This document shows positions 27,527 to 32,000 of a stretch of DNA of 32,000 bases, one piece after another. Below the pieces are notes generated by a model. That model saw nothing but the letters and a program-made list of their open reading frames with translations, searched no databases and was not told where the DNA came from. Source of the stretch: Candidatus Saccharimonadota bacterium (GTDB taxonomy: Bacteria; Patescibacteriota; Saccharimonadia; Saccharimonadales; UBA4665); NCBI GenBank assembly GCA_016699955.1, contig CP064993.1, forward strand, positions 810,001-842,000, read 5' to 3'. Position 1 is the first letter of the stretch, and the number at the start of each line of letters is the position of its first letter. The translations under genes were made by a program, and so were the position numbers.

Positions 27527-28135
27527 TTAAATTAGATTTTGCCCATTGATGCCCGAAAAGACTATATTAAAATAGTGATTTGTGTGCTGGACAAAACGCT
27601 CTTTGAATTCATTCCTTGATACGATTTCTTCGCTGTTCTTCGCCTTTATCCATTCAACTCCATCGACCTCTCCATCTGGAAAAGTGAAGGTCATATCATC
27701 TCTGTATTCAACGGTATAAACGAACCTTAATTCATCTTTGTGACTGTCTTCTGTTTTTCTCTGATAATGTTCAACCCCAGCAAAATAAAGATCGTCTGTG
27801 TTAATTGAAATACCTAATTCTTCTTTTGTTTCTCGTATTGCTGCTGCAACCTCATCTTCATTCAGGTCAATGTGTCCAGCTGCAGAAATATCTAGTAATC
27901 CTACTTTGTAGTCAACTTTTGGTGCAGCCTTTTGGAATAATAGGTATAGTTCATCATTTTCTTTTTTCCAAATCCAAATGTGAGCTGCTGCATGTGGTAT
28001 GCCACTAGAAAATGCACGTTCATGGCCTGTGCCTTTTTGTGGAACCTGCGTGCCATATTTAGTATAAATTTGCCAATCAATCATTCGTACATTATACCCC
28101 ACAAAAAACATGGGCATTTTATCGTTCGGTTTCAA
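27527..28135 (-). CDS. NUDIX hydrolase (start uncertain: TTG 28135, ATG 28117 or ATG 28111)
   Basis: Nudix box GHIDLNEDEVAAAIRETKEELGI. Confidence 0.8.
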   Translation of the reverse strand: MKPNDKMPMFFVGYNVRMIDWQIYTKYGTQVPQKGTGHERAFSSGIPHAAAHIWIWKKENDELYLLFQKAAPKVDYKVGLLDISAAGHIDLNEDEVAAAIRETKEELGISINTDDLYFAGVEHYQRKTEDSHKDELRFVYTVEYRDDMTFTFPDGEVDGVEWIKAKNSEEIVSRNEFKERFVQHTNHYFNIVFSGINGQNLI

Positions 28136-28151
28136 TTCTTGTCTGGGTATG

Positions 28152-28182
28152 AAAAAGTCAGAACCATTTTCACAGTTCTGAC
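28152..28182 (-). terminator. Intrinsic terminator (GTCAGAAC hairpin family)
   Basis: GTCAGAAC-N10-GTTCTGAC with a T5 run on the minus strand. Confidence 0.7.
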
Positions 28183-28196
28183 TTCATCTGTTCCAG

Positions 28197-28371
28197 CTTG
28201 GCTCCGGGGACTGGGTCGCTACGCTCTTCCGCTCAATAGTGCTCGAAGCAAGCTTCTGCGCGCTATATCGCTACACCGAACCAGCGACCTACGCTCACTT
28301 TGTTCGCTGGTCGCAGGTTAAAGCCAGTCTCAAAGCAAGAAAAAACGAGCCCAAAAGGACTCGTCTTTTCT
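28197..28371 (-). repeat. Structured spacer module C (mosaic of A-left and B-right)
   Basis: 28197-28281 is identical to 26371-26455, and 28309-28389 is identical to 27430-27510. Confidence 0.85.
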
Positions 28372-28401
28372 TGGCTCACAACGATAGAGGACGTTATAAC
28401 C
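28372..28401 (-). repeat. 30-nt cassette-end box, copy 6 (GGTTATAACGTCCTCTATCGTTGTGAGCCA)
   Basis: Lies 35 nt after the stop at 28437. Confidence 0.75.
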
Positions 28402-28436
28402 GCCATTATGCTGGATTTAACGGTGTCCAGCGTTGC

Positions 28437-28655
28437 TTAAGCTGGTTTTAACGAAATTATATTATCCATGCCCATGCTTGATACTTTCATTTGAGATAAA
28501 TTATTCACCAACTCCATGCATTCTTTAGAATGTTTTGAATCTTCATTGATAATATAGCTTGCTTGATAGAATTTATCACCACTTCCACTTACCTGATTTA
28601 ATTTCACTTTCAGGGATCTCCTTACTTTTGGGCAGTGTTCCTGTAGCCCATTCAA
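28437..28655 (-). CDS. Hypothetical small ORF (72 aa), overlaps the next ORF out of frame
   Basis: ORF only. It may be the frameshifted continuation of 28576-28821. Confidence 0.3.
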   Translation of the reverse strand: MNGLQEHCPKVRRSLKVKLNQVSGSGDKFYQASYIINEDSKHSKECMELVNNLSQMKVSSMGMDNIISLKPA

Positions 28656-28821
28656 ATTCTCTAATTACCTGCGCTGCAACTTCTTCATCCCAATCTTTTT
28701 TCGAGCGACCCTGGACTTCCTTATTCATAACTTCATGAAACTGCTTATCAGGACTATTATGTGGTCCACGATTTGCTGAGAGAATTTCTTTTAGCCGTTT
28801 ATGAAATCGATCTTTATTCAT
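28576..28821 (-). CDS. Hypothetical small protein (81 aa), translationally coupled to the hydrolase gene
   Basis: Its start overlaps the hydrolase stop (ATGAATAA, 8-nt overlap). Confidence 0.45.
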   Translation of the reverse strand: MNKDRFHKRLKEILSANRGPHNSPDKQFHEVMNKEVQGRSKKDWDEEVAAQVIREFEWATGTLPKSKEIPESEIKSGKWKW

Positions 28822-29392
28822 TCAAAATGTGTAGCAATTTCTCTTTCAAGTCTTCAAACTCTGTGTACCCAGCTCTAGCGTTAAAGTGCCCTGCATTAGG
28901 TATAAACGACAGCTCAACTCCTAAGTGCTTTGCTAACTCTTTGCCATTGTCTAGTCCCACATAAGGGTCATCATCGGACTGGTATACTATGAAGTCTTTG
29001 GCTTTCTGCTTAATATTGTCCCACTCAAAATCAAAGCCACTAAAGGCACTGTCGCGATCATAATTGAGAATTGGCCTAACACCTATTGGTGCGCCGACAA
29101 AGAATGCTGCCTTAATAGGGTGTTTTAACTTTTCTAAAACACGAAGTGTAAAGATTCCGCCTAAGCTATGTCCAATAATAATTGTATTTTCCGTAATCTT
29201 ATCTCCGTAGTCTTTCAAAACATCAACCCACTCAGAAATCTTTGCAGGAACAACGGGTGGCGACGGAAACTGCGGAACAGTAACTTCGTATCCTTTTGCT
29301 TCAAGCTCGCCTTTTAGCCAAGGAAACCAGTTTTCCTGCGGGTGGCCTTCTGTGCCATGAAAAATAAAAATGTTTGGTTTATCTTCAGTCAT
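28814..29392 (-). CDS. Alpha/beta serine hydrolase, YdeN/RBBP9-like
   Basis: 192 aa with nucleophile elbow IIGHSLGG, a late DDD...GHF pattern, and typical family size. Confidence 0.85.
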   Translation of the reverse strand: MTEDKPNIFIFHGTEGHPQENWFPWLKGELEAKGYEVTVPQFPSPPVVPAKISEWVDVLKDYGDKITENTIIIGHSLGGIFTLRVLEKLKHPIKAAFFVGAPIGVRPILNYDRDSAFSGFDFEWDNIKQKAKDFIVYQSDDDPYVGLDNGKELAKHLGVELSFIPNAGHFNARAGYTEFEDLKEKLLHILNE

Positions 29393-29398
29393 TACATA

Positions 29399-29407
29399 AT
29401 AATAACA
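29399..29407 (-). promoter_or_regulatory. Extended -10 TGTTATTAT, 6 nt before ATG 29392 (leaderless)
   Basis: Minus strand reads CTGTTATTAT-TATGTA-ATG. Confidence 0.5.
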
Positions 29408-29495
29408 GATACGAACACATTGCTGGTTTCAAATCTAGGGTGCCTATATAAAAATCAGAACTAAATTAACAGCTCTGACTTTGTCTACTATGGTC

Positions 29496-29525
29496 TGGCT
29501 CACACTAGCAGACGCATTGCGAACC
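29496..29525 (-). repeat. 30-nt cassette-end box, copy 7 (GGTTCGCAATGCGTCTGCTAGTGTGAGCCA)
   Basis: Lies 48 nt after the stop at 29574. A degenerate GTCAGAAC-family hairpin follows at 29455-29478. Confidence 0.65.
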
Positions 29526-29573
29526 GCCTGTCTGGATTTTGATAAAAGTAATTTGAATGAAATAAAGGCAATC

Positions 29574-29750
29574 TTAGCGACGGCTGCTTAGTTTATTCAC
29601 TAACTTATTGTATTGCCCTTTTGTCAAAAAGACCCTGTGGATGTTTGGCTTACTTGTATTTCCAGTAAGTGTCGCTTTTGTCGTTATGCCCCAGTCTACA
29701 ATCGTCATGTTAGTTAGGTCTACTTCAACGAAGTAATACTCTTTTTTCAT
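29574..29750 (-). CDS. Hypothetical small protein (58 aa), below the ORF-track cutoff
   Basis: ATG at 29750 with SD GGAGG 9 nt upstream. A cassette-end box and hairpin follow it. Confidence 0.5.
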   Translation of the reverse strand: MKKEYYFVEVDLTNMTIVDWGITTKATLTGNTSKPNIHRVFLTKGQYNKLVNKLSSRR

Positions 29751-29812
29751 GCTGTTCAGCCTCCATCTATATCTATTCTACACCCAGCTTTGGTAAATCT
29801 ATACCGCAAAGC

Positions 29813-29837
29813 AAAAACACCTTCCTTTCGGAAGGTG
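29813..29837 (-). terminator. Intrinsic terminator directly after the tRNA-3'-end-like sequence
   Basis: CACCTTCC-TTTC-GGAAGGTG with a T5 run on the minus strand. Confidence 0.7.
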
Positions 29838-29845
29838 CTTATACT

Positions 29846-29870
29846 TGGCTCCGGGGAAAGGATTCGAACC
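29846..29870 (-). other. tRNA 3'-end-like sequence (T-loop, acceptor 3' strand, discriminator, CCA); no complete tRNA
   Basis: Minus strand reads GGTTCGAATCCTTTCCCCGGAGCCA. The upstream sequence does not form the matching T-stem, acceptor stem or other arms. Confidence 0.6.
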
Positions 29871-29961
29871 AATAATAATCACCGCCTAATTTTAGGTTCG
29901 TTTTAGCTTATCTTACCCCTGTTATATGTCAACTTTTATTGTGGTTTTTAATGTCTGAATG

Positions 29962-29970
29962 TGATATCAT
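29962..29970 (+). promoter_or_regulatory. Extended -10 TGATATCAT, 6 nt before ATG 29977 (leaderless)
   Basis: TGATATCAT-TAGAAC-ATG. Confidence 0.5.
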
Positions 29971-29976
29971 TAGAAC

Positions 29977-30153
29977 ATGAATAAGCCACAGCTAAAACGC
30001 ACCAAAAACGTTAATCGAGCTGTTGCCAATGAACGACTCGAGGGCTTGAAGGTATCTGAAGATTCCCGAAAAATTGCTGGCGAATATATTTCTGGTAAGG
30101 CTTCTGCAAAGCAAGCCGCCTCTAAAATACGAGCACGATACGGGGTGCTGTAA
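29977..30153 (+). CDS. VbhA-like antitoxin of a class I Fic toxin (58 aa), below the ORF-track cutoff
   Basis: RAVANERLEGLKVSE resembles the VbhA inhibitory helix (consensus (S/T)xxxE(G/N); here NERLEG). Its stop overlaps the Fic start (TAATG). Confidence 0.75.
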   Translation: MNKPQLKRTKNVNRAVANERLEGLKVSEDSRKIAGEYISGKASAKQAASKIRARYGVL

Positions 30154-30752
30154 TGTCCGATTTTGTCGATCCCTACCTGGATGACAAGACCGGCATCTTA
30201 CGCAATCTACTTAATGCCGGGACGAATGATGAGTTAAAAGATCTAGAGGCTCAAATAGTTTTTGCCAACGAACTAGAACTCGAAGAAATCGGAATAAAAC
30301 GAACTAGTGACCTATCTGAATTACTGGCAATTCACAAACAGCTGTTCGGTAACGTGTACGATTGGGCTGGTGATATACGTACTGTCGATATTAAGAAAAA
30401 TAGCGATAATGCCGAGTATTTCTTACCTGTTAGCAAGATATTAGGTGCGTGCGAGTATGTTTTTGCTGAGCTTACCAAGGAAAACTATTTGAAAAATTTA
30501 GATAAAGAAAAATTCGTAGAACGTTTGGCCTATTTTTATGACCAGCTAAACTATGTTCACCCGTTTCGTGAAGGCAACGGTCGTACGCAACGAGTCTTTT
30601 GGACAAGAATTGCTCACGGTGCTGGATATGAGATAGGTTGGGACGAAGTAGTTGGCAATGAAAACGACGAAGCATCACGCATCGCCGCAGAAAAGATGGA
30701 TTTATCTCCACTTACTGCGATGTTTGCAAAGATTATTAGCTCACTACAATAA
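30153..30752 (+). CDS. Fic family toxin (class I, VbhT/FicT-like)
   Basis: Fic motif HPFREGNGRTQR. Translationally coupled to the upstream small antitoxin ORF. Confidence 0.9.
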   Translation: MSDFVDPYLDDKTGILRNLLNAGTNDELKDLEAQIVFANELELEEIGIKRTSDLSELLAIHKQLFGNVYDWAGDIRTVDIKKNSDNAEYFLPVSKILGACEYVFAELTKENYLKNLDKEKFVERLAYFYDQLNYVHPFREGNGRTQRVFWTRIAHGAGYEIGWDEVVGNENDEASRIAAEKMDLSPLTAMFAKIISSLQ

Positions 30753-30994
30753 ACTCTTGTGCCAGCAGTAAAACTTTTCGGTCAGGGAACTCGGTCTGGT
30801 TTCTGTCTGTCCAGCTTCCATAGGGGCGACTGGTCAAGGTTCGAACCAGAATAACAGAGGTAAATACGAAGAACCACCATTTCTGGTGGTTCTAACGTTT
30901 ATCGGGTTCGAACTGCTTTCGAACCTTCCGCAAGGCTAATCAGAGAAGTAAAACCTTGTCATGGAACCCGGTCTGGGTATTTCTCTGCTTGGTC

Positions 30995-31024
30995 TGGCTC
31001 CAGCTAGCGGATGAGTTGTGAACT
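30995..31024 (-). repeat. 30-nt cassette-end box, copy 8 (AGTTCACAACTCATCCGCTAGCTGGAGCCA)
   Basis: Lies 81 nt after the stop at 31106. Long module L2 follows. Confidence 0.6.
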
Positions 31025-31105
31025 GTTAGTATCTATTTTGATAAACACAAGCTACTAGTAATTGGGGACGTTTTAACGAGCGAAAGTTATTACACATGCT
31101 AACTG

Positions 31106-31753
31106 CTATTTTTGCACATCACGCTCATGATCGAGCTGTGTCTGTGTTGGCCTCTGCATTAAAGGAGCCATCTTATCATGAGGTATATATATACTATTAA
31201 GTGTTTTCCGTAAATCCACATAGCTAATAATATTGATGGGTATTCCGAGTAAATTTCCAATCTCAGTTGCTTCGGCATCAAGCGGAACGCTCGCCTTATA
31301 GAAAGGAAGTCCGAATCTATTGATATTCCACTCCACCATATACCTATCTGCTATTTCAATCTGTTCGTCAAAAACTACATTCAGGTATAGGGTACACCAC
31401 CTATCACCAAAAAAAATATGCTCGTTTCCATCGAAACCCTTCAAGTAGTCCAGACTGCGTACGTCTGTACGGTCAAGCCGCCTAATCCATCGCTTGTCGC
31501 CAATCATTCGCTTGTATTCAATAGTGATGGTGCCGTCCGATGCCATTGTGACTGTACGAGTCTCGACATACTTCACCATGAATATACCGAAGACGGTTAA
31601 TAATAAGCCAACTACAATAAAAGGCAGTTCTTGGGTATAGAGGCCAATCGCTGCAAGCACAACACCAACGCTACCGGCACTTAGACCATAAACAAATTGT
31701 AGGGTGTTTTTTTCGATAATTTGGAGTGTGCTGCCATTTTTTTGGAAAATCAT
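31106..31753 (-). CDS. Hypothetical membrane protein (two N-terminal helices plus soluble domain)
   Basis: 215-aa ORF with hydrophobic segments at about residues 20-60. Confidence 0.6.
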   Translation of the reverse strand: MIFQKNGSTLQIIEKNTLQFVYGLSAGSVGVVLAAIGLYTQELPFIVVGLLLTVFGIFMVKYVETRTVTMASDGTITIEYKRMIGDKRWIRRLDRTDVRSLDYLKGFDGNEHIFFGDRWCTLYLNVVFDEQIEIADRYMVEWNINRFGLPFYKASVPLDAEATEIGNLLGIPINIISYVDLRKTLNSIYIPHDKMAPLMQRPTQTQLDHERDVQK

Positions 31754-31759
31754 ACGGTT

Positions 31760-31768
31760 ATCTTAGCA
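31760..31768 (-). promoter_or_regulatory. Extended -10 TGCTAAGAT, 6 nt before ATG 31753 (leaderless)
   Basis: Minus strand reads GTGCTAAGAT-AACCGT-ATG. Confidence 0.5.
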
Positions 31769-31844
31769 CGGCTATACTAAGATATACCATCCGTGCATCA
31801 CTCCGCGCTGCGGTAGCCGCTTTTAGCGTAACCTTCAAAACAAA

Positions 31845-31881
31845 GAAAAAAGCCTAGGCAGTGAATGCCTTGGCTTTTTTC
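31845..31881. terminator. Bidirectional intrinsic terminator
   Basis: AGCCTAGGCA-GTGAA-TGCCTTGGCT (one mismatch), flanked by A6 and T6 runs. Confidence 0.65.
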
Positions 31882-31883
31882 TT

Positions 31884-31913
31884 TGGCTCCGCTTACAGGT
31901 CACGAATTTTTAA
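31884..31913 (-). repeat. 30-nt cassette-end box, copy 9 (TTAAAAATTCGTGACCTGTAAGCGGAGCCA), diverged
   Basis: Ends in GGAGCCA, is followed by a terminator, and sits after an ORF that runs off the window end. Confidence 0.45.
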
Positions 31914-32000
31914 CAGGGTAAAACGCTACAAATGAGTTACTACATGTGGTTTTTGGCGAACCATTCATGTTCTATAGCACTTCTTGGAGAGTCAACAACC

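Noticed and set aside
26371-28401. CRISPR array
   Set aside because: The repeat units are long (30 nt to ~180 nt) and irregularly spaced. They are separated by full genes rather than short spacers, and no cas genes are present.
27980-28451. ORFs 27980-28321, 28239-28451, 24357-24626 and 21335-21544 as protein-coding
   Set aside because: They run through the repeated structured spacers and terminator hairpins. They lack start contexts, and their similarity to each other follows the DNA repeats rather than any codon pattern.
29846-29930. Complete tRNA gene on the minus strand
   Set aside because: Only the 25 nt at the 3' end are tRNA-like. The upstream sequence gives no complementary T-stem or acceptor 5' strand (TCCGGGG is absent), and no D or anticodon arm can be drawn.
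22617-31913. Canonical integron attC sites
   Set aside because: The 30-nt boxes and the longer modules lack the inverted R''(RYYYAAC)/R'(GTTRRRY) pair at opposite ends. The shared GAGCCAAG motifs are direct repeats, not inverted. The genes have their own promoters, and no intI lies in the window. Formal attC-model scoring is still needed.

Overview
The window has two parts. (1) About 1-21.3 kb is a housekeeping block: purB, a pyrF-pyrE-pyrD operon, htpX, a polyprenyl synthase, purA, a class IV aminotransferase, a DEAD-box helicase, and several small conserved proteins. Two apparently identical 1085-bp IS copies in inverted orientation (1508-2592 and 19834-20918) bracket it. Copy 1 split a methyltransferase gene and left a clean 5-bp target duplication. 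Copy 2 has no duplication and abuts a 5'-truncated NmrA-like gene. (2) About 21.4-32 kb is an accessory array that looks more AT-rich by eye. It holds short, functionally unrelated genes, mostly on the minus strand: membrane protein, class III Fic, SDR, a gene split by a second IS, a CPCC zinc-ribbon protein, NUDIX, a YdeN-type hydrolase, small ORFs, a VbhA-Fic toxin-antitoxin pair, and another membrane protein. Nearly every gene looks like its own transcription unit: an extended -10 box 6-7 nt before the ATG (leaderless), then the ORF, then a conserved 30-nt box ending in GAGCCA, then its own terminator hairpin. Some spacers also carry mosaic structured modules of about 165-180 nt. One site keeps a canonical tRNA T-loop/acceptor/CCA 3' end. 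I read this as a cassette array with tRNA-3'-end-like boundary elements. It does not fit the canonical integron attC pattern, and no recombinase lies in the window. I found no rRNA, no intact tRNA and no CRISPR array. The host is possibly a small-genome bacterium (Patescibacteria/Saccharibacteria-like), but that is a low-confidence inference.
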